From assembly GCA_949293255.1 (NCBI GenBank), contig CASFCL010000001.1:156105-220104 (forward strand): DNA of 64,000 bases. Direction: 5' to 3'. A program made the translations under genes and the position numbers. Below are positions 41,401-49,981 of the stretch, one piece after another. This DNA is from an uncultured bacterium. Its GTDB lineage: Bacteria; Bacillota_I; Bacilli_A; RFN20; CAG-826. Each line of letters starts with the position of its first letter. Positions within the stretch are counted from its first letter, which is position 1. The notes under the pieces are model-generated. The model saw only the letters and a program-made list of their open reading frames with translations, ran no database searches and had not been told where the DNA came from.

Positions 41401-42864
41401 ATGCTAAAAGAAAATCACACTAAAAATACAAAAATTGTTTGTACAATTGGTCCAGCTAGCGATAAAGAAGATGTTTTAAGAGTTTTAATTGAAAACGGAA
41501 TGAACATCATGAGACTTAACTTCTCTCATGGTGATTATGAAGAACATCAAAAGAAACTTGATTTAGCTAGAAAACTTGAAGCTGAAGAAGGCGTCTATAT
41601 TCCAGTAATGCTTGATACAAAAGGTCCTGAAATCCGCTGCCATGATATGAAAGATGGTAAAATTGCTATTAAAAAAGGTCAAATTACCCGTATTTCAATG
41701 GAAAAAGTTTTAGGAACTCCTGAAAAAATCTCTGTTACATTTAAAGAATTATATGATGATATCAAAGTTGGTAATCACGTAAGAATCGATGATGGAAAAT
41801 TAGATTATTTAGTAATCGATAAAGATGAAGAAAATAGAGAAATCATCTGTGAAGCACAAAATGATCACGTTTTATCATCTAAAAAAGGTATCAACATTTT
41901 AGGTTGCCATTTATCAATGAAATTTATTTCTGATAAAGATGAAGCTGACTTAAAATGGGGATGTGAACATGGAATTGATATTGTCTCCGCTTCTTTTGTT
42001 AGAAATGCTCAAGATGTTACAGATTTAAGAGAATGCTTAAAGAAATATGGTAAACCAGATACCATGATCATCTCTAAAATTGAAAACTCAGAAGCAATGA
42101 ATAAATTAGACGAAATCATCGATGCTAGCGACGGAATTATGGTTGCTAGAGGTGATTTAGGTCTTGAAATTCCTGAAGAACAAGTTCCAATTGTTCAAAA
42201 AAGATTAATTAAAAGATGTAGAGAAAAAGGAAAACCAGTCATCACTGCTACTCAAATGTTAGATAGTATGTGTCATTCTCCAATTCCTACTAGAGCTGAA
42301 GTTAGTGACGTTGCTACTTCTATTGATGAATCAACAGATTGTGTCATGTTAAGTGCTGAATCAGCAAGTGGAGAATATCCAGATAAAGCAGTTTTAATGC
42401 AAACAAAAATTGCTAGAACAATGGAAAAGGAATTAGATTATGAAGCTCTTGCTAAGCAAGCTTATGATACATCTTTAAAAGATAATAACGACTCAATTGC
42501 TAACGCTATTGCTAATACTGCAAAATTAATTGATGCAAAATTAATTGTTTCATTTACTGAAACTGGTAGATCATCAAGAAGAATTTCAAAAGCAAGACCA
42601 TGCTGTCCAATTCTTTCAATTTCAAAAAATCTTAATACTGTTAGACAAAATGCATTATTCTGGGGAATTTATTCAAGTTATGTTCCAGTAAACAAAATGC
42701 CTGATTTTATCGAAGAAATGGAAGTTATTGCTATTGCAAAAGCTAAAAAATTCGGTCTTCAACCAGGTGAAACATTCTTAATGAGTGGCGGCACTCCTAC
42801 TGGAGCTGGAAAAACCAATTTCTTAAGAATTTTAACTCTTCCTCAAAATAGAGATATTTTATAA
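41401..42864 (+). CDS. pyk: pyruvate kinase
   Basis: 487 aa with ...MLDTKGPEIR..., ...MVARGDLG... and the K+/Mg2+ site motifs. The pfkA-pyk order matches Bacilli. Confidence 0.93.
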   Translation: MLKENHTKNTKIVCTIGPASDKEDVLRVLIENGMNIMRLNFSHGDYEEHQKKLDLARKLEAEEGVYIPVMLDTKGPEIRCHDMKDGKIAIKKGQITRISMEKVLGTPEKISVTFKELYDDIKVGNHVRIDDGKLDYLVIDKDEENREIICEAQNDHVLSSKKGINILGCHLSMKFISDKDEADLKWGCEHGIDIVSASFVRNAQDVTDLRECLKKYGKPDTMIISKIENSEAMNKLDEIIDASDGIMVARGDLGLEIPEEQVPIVQKRLIKRCREKGKPVITATQMLDSMCHSPIPTRAEVSDVATSIDESTDCVMLSAESASGEYPDKAVLMQTKIARTMEKELDYEALAKQAYDTSLKDNNDSIANAIANTAKLIDAKLIVSFTETGRSSRRISKARPCCPILSISKNLNTVRQNALFWGIYSSYVPVNKMPDFIEEMEVIAIAKAKKFGLQPGETFLMSGGTPTGAGKTNFLRILTLPQNRDIL

Positions 42865-42989
42865 GAGTAAAAAAAGAATTTATTTAATTAAACTCTATAA
42901 ATTAATAAAATTTTTAAAGAAAAATAACTAAATTTATTGCTAAAATCATTTTAAAAGAATATGATTTTATTGCTAAGAAAAAGACACGT

Positions 42990-43215
42990 TAACTTGTAAC
43001 TTATTTATTAGAGAGTAAATCCTAGGCTGAAAGATTTATAAATAAAACAAGTTAATACCACTTTGGAGCATTTATGGTAACATAACGATTAAGCTATCGA
43101 TAAAGCTATAAATTAAGTGATAGATATATATTTAATTAATATATCTATAATTAAGGTGGTACCACGTAAACTATAAGCGTCCTTAAATAAATTTAGGGAC
43201 GCTTTTTATATTAAA
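42990..43215 (+). promoter_or_regulatory. T-box riboswitch leader of thrS
   Basis: An AGAGAG/GUA stem I motif and a candidate ACC-A specifier (43057..43059) precede the T-box AATTAAGGTGGTACCACG (43149..43166). The terminator GCGTCCTTAAATAAATTTAGGGACGC plus a T5 run (43177..43207) follows. Confidence 0.75.
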
Positions 43216-43232
43216 AAATAGGGGGTTAGAAT

Positions 43233-45161
43233 ATGAACTTAACTTTATTAGATGGTAGTAAATTAGAAATAGAAAATGGAATGAATGGACATGACGTCGC
43301 AATGAAGATTTCTCCTTCACTTGCTAAAGCTTCACTTTGTTATAAACTTGATGGAGAAATTTTTGATTTATATAGTCCAATTGCAAAAGAGGGTAAATTT
43401 GAACTCATCACTTCAAAAAGTGAAGAAGCATTTTCAATTTTAAATCACTCCACTGCTCATTTAATGGCTGAAGCAATTCAAGAATTATTTGGTGATGTTG
43501 CTTTTGGTATCGGTCCTTCAATTGAAGAAGGTTTCTACTACGATTGTGATTTTAAAGATTACGTCTTAAAAGAAGAAGATTTAGCTAAAATTGAAGCAAA
43601 AATGAAAGAATTAGCGAAAAAGAATCAATATATTGTTAGAAAAGAACTTTCAAAAGATGAAGCAAGAGTAATCTTTAAAAACAATCCATATAAACTCGAA
43701 TTAATCGATGAAATCGAAGGAAATTTATCAGTTTATACTCAAGGAAATTACTCAGATTTATGCCATGGACCTCACGTTCCATCAACTGGATTTATCAAAT
43801 TCTTTAAACTTGATACCATTGCTGGAGCTTATTGGAGAGGTGATTCCAAAAATAAACAATTAACCAGAATTTATGGTGTTTCAACCTTCACAAAAGAAGA
43901 ATTAGAACACATTGAATATGTTAAAGAACAAGCTAAAAAGAGAGATCACCGTAAATTAGGTAAAGAACTTGGTTTGTTTATGATTTCTGAATTTGGACCT
44001 GGATTCCCATTCTATCTTCCTAATGGTTTAATGGTTAGAAGAAAACTTGAATCTTGGTGGTATGAAATTCATGATCAAAACAACTATCAATGTATTAAAA
44101 CCCCTATGATGCTTTCTAGAGAACTTTGGGAAACTTCTGGACACTGGGATCATTATAAAGCCAATATGTATACCACTAAAATTGATAACAAAGATTTTGC
44201 TATCAAACCAATGAACTGTCCAGGTGGAATTTTAGTTTATAATTCATCACTTCATTCATATAAAGACCTCCCATTAAGACTTGGTGAACTTGGTCTTGTC
44301 CACCGTCATGAAGCAAGTGGAGCTTTAAATGGATTATTTAGAGTTAGATGCTTCACTCAAGATGATGCTCATATTTTCTGTAGAAAAGACCAACTTCAAG
44401 ATGAAATTGAACATTTATTAAAGTTATATGATGAAATGTATTCAACTTTTGGTCTTGATTACTCAATCGTTTTATCTACAAAACCTGAATCAGACTACAT
44501 TGGAGATGATGCAATTTGGGAAGAAAGTGAAAGAATTTTAGCAGAAGCTTGTAAAACAACTGGAAAAGATTTCAAAATCAATCCAGGAGATGGAGCTTTC
44601 TATGGACCAAAACTCGACTTCAAACTTAAGGATTGTATGGGAAGAATTTGGCAATGTGGAACCATTCAACTTGATATGAATTTACCTGAAAGATTTGATT
44701 GTACTTATATCAATTCAAAAGGTGAAAAAGAAAGACCAATCATGCTTCATAGAGCAATCTTAGGAAGTTTTGAAAGATTCTTAGGTATCATTATTGAACA
44801 TTTTGCAGGTGCTTTCCCAATGTGGCTTGCACCACTTCAAATCAAAGTTCTTCCTGTTAATAATCAATATCATTTAGATTATGCTCATGAATTAGTTAAT
44901 AAACTTAAAGACTTAGGATTTAGAGTTGAGCTTGATGATAGCGAAGAAAAACTTGGTTATAGAATGAGAAATTCCATCACCAAAAAGATTCCTTATACCA
45001 TCGTTATCGGAGATAAAGAAAAAGAAAATAAAACACTCACTTATAGAAAATATGGTGATGAAAAACAAATCAATGTTTCGGTTGATGAATTTGTTGATAT
45101 GATTAAAAAAGAAGTTGCTTCAAAAGCACTTCTCGTTGATCCAAAAAACCTTAAATTATAA
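43233..45161 (+). CDS. thrS: threonyl-tRNA synthetase
   Basis: 642 aa with the TGS and second additional domain, class II motifs and the zinc site ...CHGPHV.... Confidence 0.93.
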   Translation: MNLTLLDGSKLEIENGMNGHDVAMKISPSLAKASLCYKLDGEIFDLYSPIAKEGKFELITSKSEEAFSILNHSTAHLMAEAIQELFGDVAFGIGPSIEEGFYYDCDFKDYVLKEEDLAKIEAKMKELAKKNQYIVRKELSKDEARVIFKNNPYKLELIDEIEGNLSVYTQGNYSDLCHGPHVPSTGFIKFFKLDTIAGAYWRGDSKNKQLTRIYGVSTFTKEELEHIEYVKEQAKKRDHRKLGKELGLFMISEFGPGFPFYLPNGLMVRRKLESWWYEIHDQNNYQCIKTPMMLSRELWETSGHWDHYKANMYTTKIDNKDFAIKPMNCPGGILVYNSSLHSYKDLPLRLGELGLVHRHEASGALNGLFRVRCFTQDDAHIFCRKDQLQDEIEHLLKLYDEMYSTFGLDYSIVLSTKPESDYIGDDAIWEESERILAEACKTTGKDFKINPGDGAFYGPKLDFKLKDCMGRIWQCGTIQLDMNLPERFDCTYINSKGEKERPIMLHRAILGSFERFLGIIIEHFAGAFPMWLAPLQIKVLPVNNQYHLDYAHELVNKLKDLGFRVELDDSEEKLGYRMRNSITKKIPYTIVIGDKEKENKTLTYRKYGDEKQINVSVDEFVDMIKKEVASKALLVDPKNLKL

Positions 45162-45201
45162 AAAAATATTTAGGTTTTGCAGGGATTTTAGGAAAAATAA
45201 T

Positions 45202-45245
45202 GGGATATTGAAGGTTTATTCAATATCCCTTATATTTAATTTTGC
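45202..45245 (+). terminator. intrinsic terminator of thrS
   Basis: A perfect 11-bp stem GGGATATTGAA/TTCAATATCCC with a 6-nt loop, followed by TTATATTTAATTTT. Confidence 0.7.
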
Positions 45246-45279
45246 TTGTCAAAATTTAAAGACTATATATAATATTTTT

Positions 45280-45346
45280 CGTGTCCAACTAGTCACAAGG
45301 GATCGCAAAATTAAAAGGAACTCGTTTGAGTTCCTCTTTTTATTTT
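45280..45346 (+). ncRNA. candidate small RNA (about 65 nt) bounded by a sigma-A-like promoter and an intrinsic terminator
   Basis: TTGTCA (45246..45251), a 16-nt spacer, then TATAAT (45268..45273). The terminator AGGAACTCGTTTGAGTTCCT plus CTTTTTATTTT (45317..45346) is best on the plus strand. No coding potential. The call is speculative. Confidence 0.25.
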
Positions 45347-45359
45347 AATTTAATTTAAA

Positions 45360-46115
45360 TTATTTAGCTTTACCTTGATTTGCAACAGCATTCATAGCAG
45401 CAGCAATCTTTTCTTGGTCGCCTAAATATCTCTTACTTAAAACATTGAAATGTTCATCGAATTCATAAACAAGTGGGACACCTGTTGGGATGTTTAAGTT
45501 AATGATATCTGCATCAGAGATATTTTCAAGATATTTAACTAAAGCTCTAAGTGAGTTGCCATGAGCGGCAATAATTACTCTTTTACCACTAACAATTGCT
45601 GGTTTAATTTCACATTCCCAATATGGAAGAACTCTAGCAACTGTATCTTTTAAACATTCAGTAAGTGGGCAATCTTGAACCCCTACTTCTCTATATGTTG
45701 GTTGATTTGCTGGGTTTCTAGAATCACTTTCTTCTAAAGCTGGAGGTTGAACATCATAGCTTCTTCTCCAAATTTTAACTTGTTCATCACCATATTTTGC
45801 AGCTGTTTCTGCTTTATTTAAACCTTGAAGAGCACCGTAATGTCTTTCATTTAATCTCCATGATTTATGAACTGGGATAAATTCTTCACCCATTTCTCCT
45901 AAAACAAAGTTTAATGTGTGAATTGCTCTTTTTAAGTATGAAGTATAAGCAATATCGAAGCTAAATCCTTCTTCTTTTAATAATCTACCACCGTTTTTAG
46001 CTTCTTCAACGCCTTTTTCAGATAATTCTACATCGGTCCAACCTGTAAATAAGTTTAATTTATTCCATTCTGATTCACCGTGTCTAATTAATACTAATTG
46101 ATATTTCTTTGACAT
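45360..46115 (-). CDS. gpmA: 2,3-bisphosphoglycerate-dependent phosphoglycerate mutase
   Basis: 251 aa with [12 protein letters not shown] (catalytic His) and typical dPGM length. Confidence 0.92.
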   Translation of the reverse strand: MSKKYQLVLIRHGESEWNKLNLFTGWTDVELSEKGVEEAKNGGRLLKEEGFSFDIAYTSYLKRAIHTLNFVLGEMGEEFIPVHKSWRLNERHYGALQGLNKAETAAKYGDEQVKIWRRSYDVQPPALEESDSRNPANQPTYREVGVQDCPLTECLKDTVARVLPYWECEIKPAIVSGKRVIIAAHGNSLRALVKYLENISDADIINLNIPTGVPLVYEFDEHFNVLSKRYLGDQEKIAAAMNAVANQGKAK

Positions 46116-46182
46116 AATAATCTCCTTTTTGACAATGAATATTTTAATATTTTTATAGCCTATTATAAAGTAAAATTACTAC

Positions 46183-48327
46183 TTATTTTGCTTGTTTTAT
46201 TGATAAACCAATTCTTTTTCTTTGAACATCTAAAGAAATGACTTTTACTTTAACAATATCGTTAATTGAATAGAGGTCAGAGATGTTTTTAATGTATTTA
46301 TCACTAACTTCTGAAATATGTACTAAACCATCTTGATGGACGTTAATATCAATAAACATACCAAAATCCATGATATTTCTAACGGTTCCATTTAAGATCG
46401 TTCCAACTTTTAAATCTTCAATAGATTTGGCTTCATTATTTAATTCAACAATCTTAACATCTTCTCTAATATCTCGACCTGGTCGAATAATTTCTTTGAT
46501 GATATCTTCTAAAGTTTCTTCACCAACCGAATATTTTTTAACCACTTCTTCTTTATTAATTTTGGCTAATTTTAATTCTTTTTCATCTTTTGAATCATTT
46601 AATAAATCAATTTTATATTTATTTAAAATGTAATGAGCTACTTCATATGATTCTGGGTGAATATTTGTAGTATCTAAAATTTCTGTACCATCATAAATTC
46701 TTAAAAATCCTGCACATTGAACGAAGGCTTTTTCACCCATTCCTTTAACTTTTTTAAGTTCTTCACGGTTTGCGAATTTTTTAACTTTTAATGTTTCGTA
46801 AATATTTTTAGCTAAAGTTTTATTGATGCCACTAACATATTTTAAAATTGAAATACTAGCATTATTTAAATTAACACCGACAAGATTGACGCAATCTTCA
46901 ACAACATTTTCTAATGTGTCACCTAATTTTGTTTGATTCATATCATGTTGATATTGACCAACACCGATTGCTTTTGGATCAATTTTAACAAGTTCATTTA
47001 ATGGATCTTGAAGTCTTCTTGCTAAAGAAATTGCACTTCTTTTTTCAACCTGAAGTTCAGGAAATTCTTCTTTTCCAAGTTCACTAGCTGAATAAACACT
47101 TGCTCCAGACTCATTTACGATGAAAATTTTAATTTTTAAGCCATTTTCTTTAATAATTGAAGATAAAATTGCTTCTGATTCTCTTGAAGCAGTTCCGTTT
47201 CCTAAAGCAATATAATCAATATAATGTGTTTTTAAGAAATCTCTTAATTTGATTTTTTCTTTTTCAACTATATCTTTTTTATCGCTTGTAATATAAGTTA
47301 CTCCGATTGTTTTCATATCAGGAATACCTCGAGGATTAACTAAAGCAAATTTACATCCAGTTCTAAAACCAGGATCAAAACCTAAAATTACTTTATTTTT
47401 AAGAGGTGGATAAAGTAAAAGTGAACGAAGATTTTTCTTAAAAACTTTTAATGATTCATCTTCTGCTTTTTCAAAAAGATCACTTCTAATTTCATTTTCA
47501 ATTGAAGGATAGATAAGTCTTTTTAAACTATCTTCAATTACTTCATCTAAAATTTCTTTATAAGGATTATTTTTTGAAACTTTTTTTGCAATATAATCAA
47601 AAACATCGTCTTTATCAAATTCAATTCCAACTTTTAAACATTTTTGAGCTTCTCCTCTTGAGATTGCTAAGATTCTATGAGGTGGAATTTTTGAAACAAG
47701 TTCAGAATATTCTTTATATTGAGCGTAGGTATCTTTTTCATCTTTAGCGATTTCTTTTGAAGTAATTAAACCTTCTTTTAAGATTAAATCCTTTATATAT
47801 GTACGATATTTTGGTTCATCGGAAATTTCTTCTGCGATGATATCTTTTGCTCCTTGAAGAGCTTCTTCTTTGGTTTTAACACCTTTTTCTTCATTGATAA
47901 ATGTAGCTAAAAACTCTTCTAAACTTGGTTCTTTTTTACCTTCTTTAAGATAAATTGCTAATGGATCAAGTCCTTTTTGTTTAGCAATTGAGGCTCTTGT
48001 TTTCTTTTTTGGTTTATAAGGACGATAGATATCTTCAAGTTCAGAAAGTGTTTCAACATTTAAGATACTTTCTTTTAATTCATCAGTTAATTTACCTTGT
48101 TCTTCAATTGAATTTAAAACTGTATTGATTCTTTCATCTAACTTTCTTAAATAAATTAATCTTTCTTCTAAATTTCTTAAGTTATCATCGGTTAAATTGC
48201 CAGTCATCTCTTTTCTATAACGAGCAATAAAAGGAATTGTATTTCCTTCATCAATTAAATTGATTGCAACCTCAACTTGTTTAGGTCTTAAATTTAATTC
48301 TTCTGAGATTCGATTGATAATATCCAT
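46183..48327 (-). CDS. tex: transcription accessory protein Tex (YqgF/HhH/S1 domains)
   Basis: 714 aa with the N-terminus ...LRPKQVEVAINLIDEGNTIPFIARYRKE and a C-terminal S1 domain. Confidence 0.88.
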   Translation of the reverse strand: MDIINRISEELNLRPKQVEVAINLIDEGNTIPFIARYRKEMTGNLTDDNLRNLEERLIYLRKLDERINTVLNSIEEQGKLTDELKESILNVETLSELEDIYRPYKPKKKTRASIAKQKGLDPLAIYLKEGKKEPSLEEFLATFINEEKGVKTKEEALQGAKDIIAEEISDEPKYRTYIKDLILKEGLITSKEIAKDEKDTYAQYKEYSELVSKIPPHRILAISRGEAQKCLKVGIEFDKDDVFDYIAKKVSKNNPYKEILDEVIEDSLKRLIYPSIENEIRSDLFEKAEDESLKVFKKNLRSLLLYPPLKNKVILGFDPGFRTGCKFALVNPRGIPDMKTIGVTYITSDKKDIVEKEKIKLRDFLKTHYIDYIALGNGTASRESEAILSSIIKENGLKIKIFIVNESGASVYSASELGKEEFPELQVEKRSAISLARRLQDPLNELVKIDPKAIGVGQYQHDMNQTKLGDTLENVVEDCVNLVGVNLNNASISILKYVSGINKTLAKNIYETLKVKKFANREELKKVKGMGEKAFVQCAGFLRIYDGTEILDTTNIHPESYEVAHYILNKYKIDLLNDSKDEKELKLAKINKEEVVKKYSVGEETLEDIIKEIIRPGRDIREDVKIVELNNEAKSIEDLKVGTILNGTVRNIMDFGMFIDINVHQDGLVHISEVSDKYIKNISDLYSINDIVKVKVISLDVQRKRIGLSIKQAK

Positions 48328-48338
48328 TCTTTAACTCC

Positions 48339-49511
48339 TTATTCTATATATTCACTATCGAAATTAATTACGATAGTATAATTTTCGTTTTTAAAATCAT
48401 CTTGAATGATCTTTTTAATTTCTTCTTTACTAGTTTTAACATCAAAAGGTAAAACAATATCAAAAATAATATTGGTATTATGTTCTCCACTAACCATTCT
48501 TAAATCGTGAATTGATAATCTTTCGTCGATATTTTTAACTAATTTAGTAATTCTACTTTCTAAAATTGGAATTTCTTTATTTTTTGTATCGATTGGATCC
48601 ATATGAATTGTTAATAAAATATTATGTTTTTCCATTACTTCTTTTTCAATTTTATCGATTAATTCATGAGAAACGAATGTTGAAACATAGCCATCAACTT
48701 CAGCATGAAGTGTAACAAAAATCTTATTTTCTCCATAACTATGAGCAATTAAATCATGGATTCCTAAAATTCCTTCATAGCTTCTAACATCTTTTTCAAT
48801 TTCATCTACTATTTCTTTATCAATTGTTGTACCAATTAATGGAGAAGATGTTTCTTTAAGCATCTTAATTCCGCTAATTAAGATATAAACACTAACAATT
48901 AACGACATTGATGAATCTAAATACCATAAAGATGGATAGAAATATTGAATTAATGAAGCAATTAAAACTACTGAAGTTGAAACTACATCATTAATTGAAT
49001 CAATAAAACTAGCTTTTAAAGCAACTGAATTGATGATTTTTCCAATTTTATAGTTATATAAAGCAAGTAAAATCTTAAATAAAATAGATCCACCTAAAAT
49101 AATAAAGGCATAAATTGATAAATCTAAATTAGATTCTTGATTAATTAAATTCATTATTGAGGTGTAACCTAAAATTACACCGATAATTACGATAATAATA
49201 CAAACAATTAATCCAGCGATATATTCAATTCTTTGATGACCAAAAGGATGTTCTTTATCAGCTGGTTTTGATGACATCTTAAAACCAAATAAATTAACAA
49301 AGCAACTTAAAAAGTCGGTTAAGTTATTAATAGCATCTGAAATAATCGACATCGATGAAGAAATAATACCAATTAATAATTTAAAAGAAAAAAGTAAAGC
49401 ATTTATAATAATTCCTCCTATCGAGGCTAATAATCCATGTTTTTCTCTTACTTTTTTATCACTTACGTTTTGATAATCTTTAATAAATAATTTTCTAAGT
49501 AATGTTATCAT
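48339..49511 (-). CDS. cation diffusion facilitator (CDF) family divalent-metal efflux transporter
   Basis: 390 aa with 6 TM segments, the ...EHPFGHQRIEY... signature and a C-terminal cytoplasmic domain. Confidence 0.8.
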   Translation of the reverse strand: MITLLRKLFIKDYQNVSDKKVREKHGLLASIGGIIINALLFSFKLLIGIISSSMSIISDAINNLTDFLSCFVNLFGFKMSSKPADKEHPFGHQRIEYIAGLIVCIIIVIIGVILGYTSIMNLINQESNLDLSIYAFIILGGSILFKILLALYNYKIGKIINSVALKASFIDSINDVVSTSVVLIASLIQYFYPSLWYLDSSMSLIVSVYILISGIKMLKETSSPLIGTTIDKEIVDEIEKDVRSYEGILGIHDLIAHSYGENKIFVTLHAEVDGYVSTFVSHELIDKIEKEVMEKHNILLTIHMDPIDTKNKEIPILESRITKLVKNIDERLSIHDLRMVSGEHNTNIIFDIVLPFDVKTSKEEIKKIIQDDFKNENYTIVINFDSEYIE

Positions 49512-49680
49512 TGAGATAATATTTTATACTTTTTAAGTATAAATTTCGATAAAAATACATCAATTTTTTGATTAAAAATTACTAAATTTTAGGGTTAAAA
49601 AACTCTTATAAAAATTTCTTAATATTCTTTTAATTTCTCCTTGATTTTAGAACGCTATTTGATATAATTTATAAACGCAT

Positions 49681-49757
49681 CGGGGCGTAGCGTAGCTTGG
49701 TATCGCGTCTGCTTTGGGAGCAGAAGGCCGCTGGTTCAAATCCAGTCGCCCCGACCA
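49681..49757 (+). tRNA. tRNA-Pro (anticodon TGG)
   Basis: A 77-nt cloverleaf with acceptor CGGGGCG/CGCCCCG, anticodon stem TCTGC/GCAGA, loop TTTGGGA, T-loop GGTTCAAATCC and an encoded CCA. The promoter TTGATT-16-TATAAT lies just upstream. Confidence 0.9.
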
Positions 49758-49858
49758 TTATTACTTATATCTCAATCATCACGATTGAGTTTTTTATTAA
49801 AAATATGCTTTTATTGAAAATATTCTCTAATTAGCATATAGTTATTAAAGAAAAAAGT

Positions 49859-49935
49859 GCGCCATTAGCTCAACTGGATAGAGTGTCTGGCTACGAACCA
49901 GGAGGTTACGAGTTCGATTCTTGTATGGCGCGCCA
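49859..49935 (+). tRNA. tRNA-Arg (anticodon ACG)
   Basis: A 77-nt cloverleaf with acceptor GCGCCAT/ATGGCGC, anticodon loop CTACGAA, T-loop GGTTCGATTCC and an encoded CCA. Its own promoter TTGAAA-17-TATAGT lies upstream. The terminator CTCAATC-atcac-GATTGAG+T6 (about 49771..49795) separates it from tRNA-Pro. Confidence 0.9.
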
Positions 49936-49944
49936 CTTGAAATT

Positions 49945-49973
49945 AAAAGGTCCGATTCTATCGGACCTTTTTT
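49945..49973. terminator. intrinsic terminator (hairpin flanked by A/T runs on both sides) between tRNA-Arg and the GPH transporter gene
   Basis: AAAAGGTCCGAT-tcta-ATCGGACCTTTTTT. Confidence 0.75.
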
Positions 49974-49981
49974 GTTATTTT

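Noticed and set aside
45115-45348. A 77-aa ORF overlapping the thrS 3' end.
   Set aside because: It spans the thrS terminator hairpin, the promoter-like element and the second terminator. It has no SD and its translation is implausible.
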